30,846 nucleotides of DNA, from positions 1 through 30,846 of the IMG/VR virus record IMGVR_UViG_3300049982_000102; one strand, written 5' to 3'. The position numbers and the translations under genes are program-made. Source of the stretch: a virus. Its lineage: Duplodnaviria > Caudoviricetes. The notes beneath the pieces were generated by a model. That model did not search any database. It was given only the letters and a program-made list of their open reading frames with translations, and was not told the origin of the DNA. Positions 16,251 to 25,547 of the stretch are shown here, one piece after another. How positions within the stretch are numbered: the first letter of the stretch is position 1; every line of letters begins with the position of its first letter.

Positions 16251-16546
16251 TGAGACCCCGTATCGGGCTGCGGCTCGCGGCACGCACCGAGGCGACTGCG
16301 GCCCGGTGCGGGGTGGCGCTGACCGAGTGGAAGGCGATGACCCGCGCGCAGCGCAAGGCCGCCAAGCGCAAGGCCGCCAAGCGTGAGGCGACCGAGCGTG
16401 GTCCTTGGACCGTGCCCGCCTCGCCGTTCGATGACCTTCCGGACCCGTGCCACGCCTGCGGTGACCCGAAGGCGTGGCACCGGGGCGGTCGCTGCGAGGG
16501 CGACTTCCTGTGCTGCGACTGCAAGACGTGGGTCCCGGCACGATGA
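16250..16546 (+). CDS. Basic protein with C-terminal Cys/His Zn-binding cluster
   Basis: TGATG-coupled start; CHACG...H...C...CCDC. Confidence 0.65.
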   Translation: MRPRIGLRLAARTEATAARCGVALTEWKAMTRAQRKAAKRKAAKREATERGPWTVPASPFDDLPDPCHACGDPKAWHRGGRCEGDFLCCDCKTWVPAR

Positions 16547-17010
16547 GCCACGCCCTCGCCGACGTCGTGCACGCCGAGCAGTTCCGGCTGTTCGCGGACA
16601 ACATCGGCTGGACCTACATCGGCTGCCCCGCCTGCGACTGGCTCAGCCCCGAGGACGTCGCCGTGGCCTCCCTCGCCGACGGGCTCGCCGCCGCCCGCGC
16701 GCACATCGCCGAGGCCCACACAGCCGCACTGTCGTACGACACAGAGTCCACCACAGCCGCCGTCCTGCACGCCGTCGACAACCTCACCGACGGCTACCCG
16801 GCCCTCATCCCCGCCGACCAGCTCACCGACGACGACACCCGGCCCGTACGCCGCTGCGACGCCACCGGCAACACCATCCGCGGGCCCGTCGTACCCGTCG
16901 AAGAACCCGGCCAGGAGCGCAAGCACTTCTGCCTGCGCTGCTTCGACGCCTACCGCCGCAGCGTCGCCCACCTCGACGACCCGCTACCCCTCTCGGAAGG
17001 ACCGCCGTGA
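16543..17010 (+). CDS. Hypothetical protein with Cys motifs
   Basis: Coupled ATG 16543; CPAC and CLRC. Confidence 0.7.
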   Translation: MSHALADVVHAEQFRLFADNIGWTYIGCPACDWLSPEDVAVASLADGLAAARAHIAEAHTAALSYDTESTTAAVLHAVDNLTDGYPALIPADQLTDDDTRPVRRCDATGNTIRGPVVPVEEPGQERKHFCLRCFDAYRRSVAHLDDPLPLSEGPP

Positions 17011-17219
17011 GCCGGGCCAAGTCGAAGGTGCCGCCGCACCAGTTCGTCCCCGACCCCGGCGTGCCGCCCGACCACAACGGCCGCGGGGCGTGCGCCATGC
17101 AGGGCTGCCACCTCATCGGCGAGCCCAACGACGCCCACCACACCCTGCCGGTAGTACCCGAGCAAGTAGCCCACGAGCGGCGCTACGGCGACGACACCCA
17201 CGACGGAGGCGACCAGTGA
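17007..17219 (+). CDS. Small His/Cys-rich hypothetical protein
   Basis: GGAAGGA SD, coupled GTG; HQF...CAMQGC...H. Confidence 0.7.
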   Translation: MSRAKSKVPPHQFVPDPGVPPDHNGRGACAMQGCHLIGEPNDAHHTLPVVPEQVAHERRYGDDTHDGGDQ

Positions 17220-18055
17220 TCCGACCACCGATCGTGTACTTCGGCGGCAAGCAGACCCTCGCCGAGCGCATCGTCGCACTGCTCCCCGCCCACCTGCACT
17301 ACGTCGAGCCCTACTGCGGCAGCCTCGCCGTGCTACTCGCCAAGCCACCCAGCCGCATGGAGACCGTCAACGACCTCGACCGCGAGCTCATGACCTTCTG
17401 GCGCGTGCTCCGCGAACGCAGTGAGGACCTGGAGCGGGTCTGCGCCCTGACGCCCCACTCGCGTGCCGAGTACGGCGACGTACTTGAGGCCTCACCCGTC
17501 GAGGCGGAGCTCGAGGTCGCCCGCCGCGTCTGGGTGCGCCTAACACAAGGGCGCGGCGGGCAGATGCGACGCACGACCGGATGGCGGTATTTCGTGGCGC
17601 CGCGAGGGTCCAACCTCTCGATGCCCGGCTACCTCGAGGCCTACCGCACCCGGCTAGCGCCCTGCCTCGACCGGCTCGCCCAAGTCTCGCTCGAGTGCCG
17701 CCCAGCGATCGAGGTGATCACCGAGTACGGCCAGCACCCCGAGACGCTGCTCTACGTCGATCCGCCGTACCTCGGCTCGGTGCGCAACTGGGGCAACCAG
17801 TACCGCCACGAGATGCGCGACGACGCCGAGCACCAGCAGCTCGCCGAGGCGTTGCTCGCGGCCCGGGCCACCGTCGTGCTCAGCGGCTACGCCAGCCCGC
17901 TGTACGACGAGTTGTTCGCCAGCTGGGACCGGGTGTCGCTAACGGCCCGGACGAGCCAGGGCGGCACCGACGGCGAGCGCACCGAGGTCATCTGGTGCAA
18001 CCGGCCGCTCGGCACGCATCCGTCGCTGTTCGACCTCGATGAAGGAGCCGCCTGA
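17216..18055 (+). CDS. Dam-like (D12 class) DNA adenine methyltransferase, orphan
   Basis: YFGGK, YVEPYCGS (motif I variant), VNDLD, YVDPPY (motif IV), VVLSGY and EVIW.N. Confidence 0.92.
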   Translation: MIRPPIVYFGGKQTLAERIVALLPAHLHYVEPYCGSLAVLLAKPPSRMETVNDLDRELMTFWRVLRERSEDLERVCALTPHSRAEYGDVLEASPVEAELEVARRVWVRLTQGRGGQMRRTTGWRYFVAPRGSNLSMPGYLEAYRTRLAPCLDRLAQVSLECRPAIEVITEYGQHPETLLYVDPPYLGSVRNWGNQYRHEMRDDAEHQQLAEALLAARATVVLSGYASPLYDELFASWDRVSLTARTSQGGTDGERTEVIWCNRPLGTHPSLFDLDEGAA

Positions 18056-18134
18056 CCCCGGGCCGAACCATCCCACCAGCCGCGGGCGGCCCGGCCGCAC
18101 GACCTACCCGCACCAGAGCAGCAAGGACAACTTC

Positions 18135-18863
18135 ATGACGTGGTTCAAGATTGACGACTCGTTCTACGACCACCCCAAGGTGTTCGACGCCCCCGACTGC
18201 GCCGTGGCGCTGTGGACGCGTGCCGGTACCTGGTCCGCACGGAACCTCACCGACGGGTTCGTGCCGACCGGGATGCCCGCACGCTTCTGCGACGACCCCG
18301 AGCAAGCGGTCAAGGAGTTGCTCAACCGCGGGCTGTGGAAGCGGACGAGGGGCGGATATCAGTTCCACGACTGGTCGCACTACCAGCCGACGAAGGAAGA
18401 AGCGCTCGCCGGACGCGATGGAATGTCATCGGGTGGGGCGTTGGGTAACCACCGCCGATGGCACCTCGGTCAGGGCAAGAAGAACGCCTCATGTCGCTAC
18501 TGCCAGGGGAAACAGGATCGGGGTACCGATCGCCCACCCGATCAGGTAGGCGATGGCATACCCGAATCGCCCCCGAATCCCCCGGCCCGGCCCGTCCCGG
18601 CCCCTTCTGGGGGGCGATCTAGTAGCTCGACTCACGACCGCACGCGCGCAGCTCCAAGCCCCCTCTGTTCCGAACACCAAGAAGCCCCAGCCGATGGGCC
18701 ATGCGGTCGATGCGCTGACGCCCGGCGCGCACGCGAGCGCTGGGACCTAGCCGACTCCAACCGTCGCCGCAACGCCGAGAAGTGCCGTAGCCACCGTGGC
18801 CAGCCCGCCGACAACTGCGCCCTCTGCCGATCCGAAGCCCTCGCCGACCAGGAGGCAACATGA
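18135..18863 (+). CDS. Probable phage replication initiator
   Basis: MTWFKIDDSFYDHPK...TDGFVP...LLNRGLW...YQFHDW..YQP winged-helix-type N-terminus, low-complexity linker, Cys-rich C-terminus. Confidence 0.7.
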   Translation: MTWFKIDDSFYDHPKVFDAPDCAVALWTRAGTWSARNLTDGFVPTGMPARFCDDPEQAVKELLNRGLWKRTRGGYQFHDWSHYQPTKEEALAGRDGMSSGGALGNHRRWHLGQGKKNASCRYCQGKQDRGTDRPPDQVGDGIPESPPNPPARPVPAPSGGRSSSSTHDRTRAAPSPLCSEHQEAPADGPCGRCADARRARERWDLADSNRRRNAEKCRSHRGQPADNCALCRSEALADQEAT

Positions 18864-19129
18864 GATCCGTCGCCATCGTCAGCCGCCACCAAGCCGCCAG
18901 GGCGATCAAGCAGCTCCGGCTCGAACGCGGACTCAGCCTCGGCCAGCTCGCCATCCGGTGCGGGATCAGCCCGAGCACCGTGTGCTACCGCGAACGCGGC
19001 GACCGGGCCATGCGCGTCGAGGCGTACGCGGCTACGGCTGAAGCGCTCGGATACCGGGTCGCGCTGGTGCCGACCCGTGCAGCGCAGATCCACGCTGCGG
19101 CCTACACCGGCACCGGATGGCCCGCATGA
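18860..19129 (+). CDS. XRE-family HTH protein
   Basis: IKQLRLERGLSLGQLAIRCGISPSTVCYRERG. Confidence 0.85.
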   Translation: MRSVAIVSRHQAARAIKQLRLERGLSLGQLAIRCGISPSTVCYRERGDRAMRVEAYAATAEALGYRVALVPTRAAQIHAAAYTGTGWPA

Positions 19130-19383
19130 CCACCGACCAGCCATGCCCCGGCAAGCGCCCCATGAGCGACCCCGCGAAGTTCGACGAACGCGTCGAACGG
19201 GTCAGCGCCCTCATGCGCCGGCACGACGAGGTCTACACCCGCGACCTCGCCAACGAGGCCGGACTACCCATCGCCTGGCTCTACCCGGTCCTCGCCCGCC
19301 TCCAAGCCCAAGGCGCGGTCACCTGCCGGTTCGTCCCCGGCACCGGCCCACGCCGGCGCGCCTACCGGTGGGTGCGCCCATGA
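19126..19383 (+). CDS. PadR-like winged HTH protein
   Basis: YTRDLANEAGL...LYPVLARLQAQG...GPRRRAYR. Confidence 0.7.
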   Translation: MTTDQPCPGKRPMSDPAKFDERVERVSALMRRHDEVYTRDLANEAGLPIAWLYPVLARLQAQGAVTCRFVPGTGPRRRAYRWVRP

Positions 19384-19676
19384 GCGAGCTCACCCGGAGC
19401 CACCTCACGGCTCGCGAGCTCGAAGTCCTCCGGTACATCGCCGACGGGGACATGCTCGCCGAGATCGCGGACAAGACCCACCTGAGCGAGTCCACGGTCA
19501 AGAACTGCCTGAACCGCGCCCTCGCCGCCCTCGGCGCACGTAACCGCAACCACGCCGTGGCCATCGCCTATCAGCGCGGCATCCTCGGCGACGGCACCGA
19601 CCAGAACCTCGCCATGCTGCGCGAGGCCCGCGAGATGGGCTACCGCATCGCCCTCGTACCCCTGGAGGACGCGTGA
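19380..19676 (+). CDS. Solo LuxR/GerE-type HTH regulator
   Basis: LTARELEVLRYIADG...EIADKTHLSESTVK...LGARNRNHAVAIAYQRGIL. Confidence 0.9.
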   Translation: MSELTRSHLTARELEVLRYIADGDMLAEIADKTHLSESTVKNCLNRALAALGARNRNHAVAIAYQRGILGDGTDQNLAMLREAREMGYRIALVPLEDA

Positions 19677-19795
19677 AGCCGGACACCGATTGGGGACTCG
19701 CCGTCGCGATCGTCAGCTTCGCGATCGCTGCCGTCTGTCTGACGCTCGCAGCGTTCGGCGCGTTCATGGCGTTCATGCTCGGGGGCGCGCAATGA
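19673..19795 (+). CDS. 40-aa membrane peptide (not in ORF track)
   Basis: GGAGG SD, coupled at both ends; GLAVAIVSFAIAAVCLTLAAFGAFMAFML. Confidence 0.6.
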   Translation: MKPDTDWGLAVAIVSFAIAAVCLTLAAFGAFMAFMLGGAQ

Positions 19796-20634
19796 GCGAG
19801 AACCTCTGCGTGCGCTGCGGCCGACCCATGGCCGACCAGGCGTACGCGTGCAGCAGCTGCTCGGCCCGCGCCGGCCGCCAGCTCGACGAGATCGCCTCGC
19901 TCACCGCCGCCGCCCGGGCCGTCGCACACCGCCAGAGCAACCGCGGCGAAGGCGGCGGCTCCAACAAGCCCGGCTCGTCACCGCCCATCGACTTCGGCAC
20001 CTCCGAGCGGCTCGACGAGATCCAGAACGACCTGCTCGGCTGGGCCCGACACGTGGCCGAGACCCGCGGCATCGGGCTCACCGTCACCACCACCGGCGCC
20101 GACCCCATCGCCCTCATCGCCCGGTGGCTCACTCCGCAGCTGGAGTGGCTACGTCACCAGCCCGAGGCGGGCGAGGCGCTGGAGAGCATCGGGGCCGCCG
20201 CCCATCGCCTGGTCGCCATCATCAACGGGCCGACGCCCGGCCGATACGCCGGACCGTGCGGCAACGTCCTCGAAGGCGGCCAGGAGTGCGGCGAGGACGT
20301 CACGTCCCGGCCCGGATCCAACCTGGCCACATGCAAGGCGTGCGGCGCCGGATACGACGTCGACGAGCAGCAGGAGTGGATGCGCGGCCAGATCGAGGAC
20401 CACCTTGCGCGGCCAGTCGAGATCGCCGGCGTGCTGCTTCGCCTCGGTAACCCGATCGGCTACTCGACAATCGCGGCATACGCGGCCAAGGGTCAGTTGG
20501 TCCCTCACGGACACGACGAGAAAGGGCGCGCGCTCTACCGGATCGGCGACGTTCTGGATCTTAGAATGGGTACCAAGAAGCCCCGGCGGGAGCGGGAACT
20601 CCCCCGAGGCGCGGCCAGCCCTGTAGGAGGTTGA
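19792..20634 (+). CDS. Zn-finger plus C-terminal HTH protein, possible late transcription regulator
   Basis: CVRC...CSSC, GPC...CG...CKACG and a C-terminal HTH-like TIAAYAAKGQL...LYRIGDVLDL; located at the end of the early region. Confidence 0.7.
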   Translation: MSENLCVRCGRPMADQAYACSSCSARAGRQLDEIASLTAAARAVAHRQSNRGEGGGSNKPGSSPPIDFGTSERLDEIQNDLLGWARHVAETRGIGLTVTTTGADPIALIARWLTPQLEWLRHQPEAGEALESIGAAAHRLVAIINGPTPGRYAGPCGNVLEGGQECGEDVTSRPGSNLATCKACGAGYDVDEQQEWMRGQIEDHLARPVEIAGVLLRLGNPIGYSTIAAYAAKGQLVPHGHDEKGRALYRIGDVLDLRMGTKKPRRERELPRGAASPVGG

Positions 20635-20635
20635 C

Positions 20636-21242
20636 GTGGTCGAGGTTACCGTCAGATGCGGCTGCTCACGCCTAATGCGGCCGGACACGTTCGCGGGACC
20701 CGGGCGCCGAGGACGTCGCTTGCGAGCCCTGCACGATCCACATCGCCAGCCTCGCCCTGGCCGACACCGGGCTGGCCGAGCGGTTCGGGACCGAGCACGG
20801 CGCGACCGCGTACCACCTCGCCCGCAAGGCCGAGACCGAGCGGCTGCTGGCGCTGGGCGCCGAGCTGATCCGCCCCGATCGCGACCCGCGGGTGGCCAAG
20901 GCCAGCGTGGTCTACTACTGCGAGCTGCGCCCCGGCATCGTGAAGATCGGGACCACGATGAAGCTCGCCGCCCGGATGGCAGCCCTGCACGTTCCTGTCG
21001 GCGCCGTGCTGGCGGCTGAGCCCGGCAGCTACGACCTGGAGAAGACCCGGCACCGCCAGTTCGCCGATCTGCGCATCACACAGCGGGAGGATTTCCGGGT
21101 CGACGAGGCGCTCAGGACCCACATCGAGGACGTCGCCGCCGAGCACGGCGACCCCTTCGAGCTGGTGACACGCCTGACGCAAGAACTCGCGGAGCTTGCG
21201 CAAGATCCCACCTCAGAGCTATCTTCTGCCAGAGTCGGGTGA
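20636..21242 (+). pseudogene. Frameshifted gene ending in a GIY-YIG/T5orf172-like domain
   Basis: AGGAGG plus GTG 20636 gives MVEVTVRCGCSRLMRPDTFAGPG. Coding bias then moves to the +1 frame near 20700 and continues to VVYY...VKIGTT...EPG...EKTRHRQF. Confidence 0.65.
21196..21225 (+). promoter_or_regulatory. Candidate sigma70-type promoter for the late/packaging operon
   Basis: TTGCGC-18 bp-TATCTT about 95 bp upstream of the HNH gene. Confidence 0.4.
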
Positions 21243-21319
21243 ATCCTGATAGAGCTTGATCCACCGACAGCCCTCGCCACCGAGCGGGCCCTTCGTCGCA
21301 TCCGGGCAGGTGAGAGCCC

Positions 21320-21640
21320 ATGCCACGCAGGTTGGCCACGCCCTGCTCCAACCGCAGCTGTCCCAACCTCAAGCCCTGCCCTGACCACGTGCCGGCCAGA
21401 GCCAGCAGGCGGCAGCGTGGCTACACCAGCAGGCACGACCGGCTACGCCAACAGTGGAAGCCCAGGGTTGAGGCAGGGCTGGTCGACTGCCAGTCACCCA
21501 AGTGTGTGATGCCGATACGTCGCATCCTCATCGGCCAAGCATGGGACCTCGGGCACACACCTGACCGGACCAAGTGGCGAGGGCCTGAGCACGCGAGGTG
21601 CAACAGGTCCGAGGGAGGCAAGGCAGCTCACCTCGGCTGA
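21320..21640 (+). CDS. Terminase-associated HNH-like endonuclease
   Basis: PC...CP...CPDH, RGY, C...C and WDLGH...GPEHARCNR; sits directly before terS. Confidence 0.8.
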   Translation: MPRRLATPCSNRSCPNLKPCPDHVPARASRRQRGYTSRHDRLRQQWKPRVEAGLVDCQSPKCVMPIRRILIGQAWDLGHTPDRTKWRGPEHARCNRSEGGKAAHLG

Positions 21641-21788
21641 TCGACATCACGCACAGTCAGACCGGTCGTCTTCGTCGCGGTCCCCATGCCGGGGGCGGAC
21701 CCCCAAAGGTGCAGGTCACGGGACCGCCGGGGAGAGCGGCATGTACGGCCGGGGGTTCCAGACTTTGCGCGGATGACGGAGGGTGACG

Positions 21789-22292
21789 ATGGGCACTCCG
21801 GGTCCGGCGCCGAAGCCCTACCTCCAGGTCGTCCGGGAGGGCAATCCAAGCAAGACGGCCAAGGACCCGGGCGTCGTCCTGCCGCCGTCCGATCTCGAAG
21901 AGCCCGACTGGCTGCAGACCTTCCCCGCCGTCCGCACCAAGGACGTCCAGGCCGCCAACCGCCGTGCCCGTGAGGTCGCCCGCCGCGAGTGGCGCCGCGT
22001 AGTTCCGGTGCTCAAGCACTCCGCCGGCCTGGCCGCGGTCGACGCCCAGCTAGTCCACGACTACTGCGTCTGCGTGGCCCGCATCGACCAGTGCGAGCGG
22101 GAACTGTCGACCACCGGCCTGCTGATCCTCGGCGAACGCGGCTGGCAGAAGAACGGCGCCACCACGATCGTCGGCCAGTACCGCACCCAGCTGCGCGCCT
22201 ACATCGGCGAGCTTGGCCTGTCGCCGTCGGCCCGGACCCGGCTGGCCACGCCGGAGGGCGGCAGCGATGACAACGGAGACCCTTTCGACTGA
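21789..22292 (+). CDS. terS: Terminase small subunit (P27-family-like)
   Basis: GPAPKP...EGNP N-terminus and ELGLSPSARTRL C-terminal motif; GGAGGG SD. Confidence 0.88.
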   Translation: MGTPGPAPKPYLQVVREGNPSKTAKDPGVVLPPSDLEEPDWLQTFPAVRTKDVQAANRRAREVARREWRRVVPVLKHSAGLAAVDAQLVHDYCVCVARIDQCERELSTTGLLILGERGWQKNGATTIVGQYRTQLRAYIGELGLSPSARTRLATPEGGSDDNGDPFD

Positions 22293-24009
22293 GCGCGCCC
22301 TGCCGGTCCCGTACGAGGCGCTGCTCGAGTTGGGCCTCACGCCGGAGCAGATCACCAAGGCCGTCGAGTCCACCCCGCTCGTCGTCGCGTTCCAGGCCGA
22401 CGAGGCCGAGGGCGCGTACTTCGACGTCGAGCGCGTCCGCAAGGCGATGCGCGGGCTGGCGTCGTTCAAGCACACCAAGGGCCGCTGGGCGGGTAAGCCG
22501 CTGAGGCTCGGCCAGGGTCTCGATCCCTGGCAGGTCGTCTGGGTCGTCGCCCCCGTCTTCGGCTGGGTGCGCTGGGACGACGAGGTTGAGCAGATCGTCC
22601 GGGTGATCAGGACCGTCTGGATCGAGATCCCGCGCAAGAACGGCAAGTCGACCCTCGCGTCCGGCGTCGCGAACCTGCTGCTGCTGGCCGACAACGAGGT
22701 CGGCGCCGAGGTGTACGCCGCGGCTGGCGACAAGCTGCAAGCTCGCCGCGTCTTCGACGACGCGAAGAAGATGCTGCTCACCTCACCGCACGCCCGCCGC
22801 CGCACGCGCGCCCTGGCGGACGTCGTCGCGGACAACAAGCTCGGCGGCATCTTCCGGGTGCTGTCGAAGATCGCCGAGGCGGCGCACGGCCTGAACGTCT
22901 CCGGCGCCGCGATCGACGAGATCCACGTGCACAAGAGCCGGCACCTGATCGATGCGATCGAGACGGGCACGGGCGCACGGTCGCAGCCGCTGATCGTCTT
23001 CTTGACGACCGCAGACGAGGCCACCGAGGGCTCGATCTACGACGAGAAGCACTCGTACACCCGCAAGGTTGCCCTCGCCATCGTCCAGGACCCGTCGCAC
23101 TACGGCGTGATCTGGGCGGCGGAGGAAAAGGACGACCCGTTCGCCGAGGCGACGATGCGCAAGGCCAATCCCGGCCTGGGCGTCTCGCCGAGCCTGTCGT
23201 ACCTCCGCAAGGAGGCCGAGAAGGCGCGCACGACGCCGAGCTACTTCCCGACCTACTGCCGGCTACACCTGAACCGGCGCATGCGCGGCAGCGCGCGCGC
23301 GATCGACCTGAACCAGTGGGACGCCTGCGCGGGCATCGTCGACCTGGCTCGACTCAAGGGCCGCACAGCCTGGGGCGGCTTCGACCTGTCGGCGGTCAGC
23401 GACTTCACGGCGTGGTGGCTGGCCGTCGAGTCCCCGGCGCCGGGCGTGGACCTCGAGCTGTTCTGGCGCTACTTCGTGCCGGAGGATCGCCTCGAGAACC
23501 TTGAGCGCCATCTGCAGGTGCCGCTTGCGCGCTGGGTCTCCGAGGGCTTCGTCGTGGCGACCGAGGGGGACGTCATCGACTACGCCAAGGTCCGCGAGGC
23601 GGCGCTGGCCGACTGTCGGATCGTCGATCTGCAGCGGCTCAGCTACGACCGGATGTTCGCCGGCCAGATGGTCCAAGAGGTCGCCGAGGAACTCAAGGGC
23701 GTCGAGGTCGTGCCGGTCGCTCAGACCTATCTCGGCCAGTCGCCGTCGATCAAGGAGCTGTGGCGCCTGCTCGGCAAGACCGAGTCCGGCCCGATGCCGG
23801 GCCGGATCCGGCACGCCGGCGACCCGGTGACCCGCTGGATGGCCTCGGTGGTCGAGACGATGACCGACGGGCAGGACAACTACCGGCTGGTGAAGCCGGA
23901 CCGAGGCAAGTCCCAGGCCCGCATCGACGGCCTCGCCGCCATGGTGACCGGCCTGGACGGCTACGTCCGCCGCCGCAAGGTCGCCCCTTCCTACGCCTAC
24001 AGCGCTTGA
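22267..24009 (+). CDS. terL: Terminase large subunit
   Basis: Walker A IPRKNGKST, Walker B AAIDEIH, motif III LTTA, KANPGLG, nuclease GGFDLS and RIDG. Confidence 0.96.
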   Translation: MTTETLSTERALPVPYEALLELGLTPEQITKAVESTPLVVAFQADEAEGAYFDVERVRKAMRGLASFKHTKGRWAGKPLRLGQGLDPWQVVWVVAPVFGWVRWDDEVEQIVRVIRTVWIEIPRKNGKSTLASGVANLLLLADNEVGAEVYAAAGDKLQARRVFDDAKKMLLTSPHARRRTRALADVVADNKLGGIFRVLSKIAEAAHGLNVSGAAIDEIHVHKSRHLIDAIETGTGARSQPLIVFLTTADEATEGSIYDEKHSYTRKVALAIVQDPSHYGVIWAAEEKDDPFAEATMRKANPGLGVSPSLSYLRKEAEKARTTPSYFPTYCRLHLNRRMRGSARAIDLNQWDACAGIVDLARLKGRTAWGGFDLSAVSDFTAWWLAVESPAPGVDLELFWRYFVPEDRLENLERHLQVPLARWVSEGFVVATEGDVIDYAKVREAALADCRIVDLQRLSYDRMFAGQMVQEVAEELKGVEVVPVAQTYLGQSPSIKELWRLLGKTESGPMPGRIRHAGDPVTRWMASVVETMTDGQDNYRLVKPDRGKSQARIDGLAAMVTGLDGYVRRRKVAPSYAYSA

Positions 24010-24023
24010 CGAACGGGGGTCCC

Positions 24024-25547
24024 GTGGCACTCTCCGCCGGCCAGGCCCTCGCCCAGACGCAGTCCCTGTACGAGCAGATCGGCGAGCGCCGCCGGCTGGT
24101 GTGCAAGGCCGAGGACTACTACCGCGGCAAGCAGAGCCTGCGGTTCGCGTCGGACAAGTGGGCGGAGTACCACGCGGGCCGTTACCGCGACTTCTGCGAC
24201 AACTGGTGCGCGCCGGTGGCCAACAGCCCGAACGAGCGGCTGCGGGTCGACGGCTTCCGCCTGGACGACGACCCGTCGACGTCGGACGCGGAGAAGTCGC
24301 TGTGGCGTGACTGGCAGGCCAACGACATGGAGGCGCAGTCGTCGCAGGGCTTCCTCGCGTCGATCATCGCCGCCCGCTCCTACGTCATGGTGTGGGGCAC
24401 GCTCGACGGTGACCCGGTGGCGACGTGGGAGCGCGCCGACCAGGTGACCGTGGCCTACGACGTCGAGCAGCCGGGCCGGCAGACCGCCGCGCTGAAGACG
24501 TGGCACGACGGGAGCACCGAGTTCGCGACGCTGTACACCGCCGACGAGGTGTGGAAGTGGCAGCGCCCGTACCTCGAGGTCACCAAGGACAAGGGCGGCC
24601 AGTCGCCGGTCTCCGACGCGTTCTTCTACACCCCGTCCGGCATCATCGTCCCGGCGATCAACGCCAAGGGCTGGGTGCCACGCGAGATCCGCGGCGAGGC
24701 GTGGCCGCTGCCGAACCCGCTGGGCGTGGTCCCGATCGTCGAGATGCCGAACCGGCCGATGCTGGGCGGCGAGCCCATGTCGGACATCCACGGCACGATG
24801 GCGATGCAGGACGCGGTCAACCTGCTGTGGGCTTACCTGTTCACCTCGGCCGACTTCGCGTCGATGCCCGCCCGGGTGGTGATGGGCCAGGAGCCGCCGA
24901 AGATCCCGATCCTCGACGAGGCGGGCAACGTCACCGGCTATCAGCAGGTGGATCTCAAGAAGCTCGCCCAGGACCGCATCATGTGGCTGACCGGCGAGAA
25001 CACGAAGATCGGCCAGTGGGACGCGGCGAAGCTGGACGTGTTCACCGGCGTGATCGAGACCGCGGTGACGCACATCGCGGCGCAGACCCGCACCCCGCCG
25101 CACTACCTGGTGCTGGGCAAGGGCCTGGTCAACGTCAACGCCGAGGGCATGAAGACGGCCGAGACCGGCCTGGTGATGAAGGTCAAGGAGCTGCAGCTCT
25201 TCCTCACCCCGCCGACCCGCGGCATCTTCAGCCGGTTCGCGCTGGTGCGCAACGAGCAGGCGCTGGCCAAGGACACGCGGTTCGGCGTCGTGCAGTGGAA
25301 GGACGCCGAGAACCACTCCGAGGCCCAGCTGGTCGACGCGCTCGTGAAGCTGCAGACGATCGGCTTCCCATTCCCGTGGCTGGCCGAGCGCTACGGCCTC
25401 GGGCAGACGGAACTCCAGCGCGTCATGGCGATGCGCAAGACCGAGGCCGAGCAGAGCCCGATGGCCGAGATCGCCCGCGGCCTCGCCGACAACCGCCAGC
25501 CGGAGCCGGACGGCGCGCCCGGCTCGGTGCCGGCCCGTGTCGGCTGA
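24024..25547 (+). CDS. Portal protein (SPP1 gp6-like)
   Basis: Follows terL, about 507 aa; DYYRGKQ, NWCAPV, NPLGVVPIV and TRTPPHYL motifs. Confidence 0.9.
   Translation: MALSAGQALAQTQSLYEQIGERRRLVCKAEDYYRGKQSLRFASDKWAEYHAGRYRDFCDNWCAPVANSPNERLRVDGFRLDDDPSTSDAEKSLWRDWQANDMEAQSSQGFLASIIAARSYVMVWGTLDGDPVATWERADQVTVAYDVEQPGRQTAALKTWHDGSTEFATLYTADEVWKWQRPYLEVTKDKGGQSPVSDAFFYTPSGIIVPAINAKGWVPREIRGEAWPLPNPLGVVPIVEMPNRPMLGGEPMSDIHGTMAMQDAVNLLWAYLFTSADFASMPARVVMGQEPPKIPILDEAGNVTGYQQVDLKKLAQDRIMWLTGENTKIGQWDAAKLDVFTGVIETAVTHIAAQTRTPPHYLVLGKGLVNVNAEGMKTAETGLVMKVKELQLFLTPPTRGIFSRFALVRNEQALAKDTRFGVVQWKDAENHSEAQLVDALVKLQTIGFPFPWLAERYGLGQTELQRVMAMRKTEAEQSPMAEIARGLADNRQPEPDGAPGSVPARVG

Noticed and set aside
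17216-18055. Restriction-modification system
   Set aside because: No adjacent restriction endonuclease; orphan methylases are common in phages.
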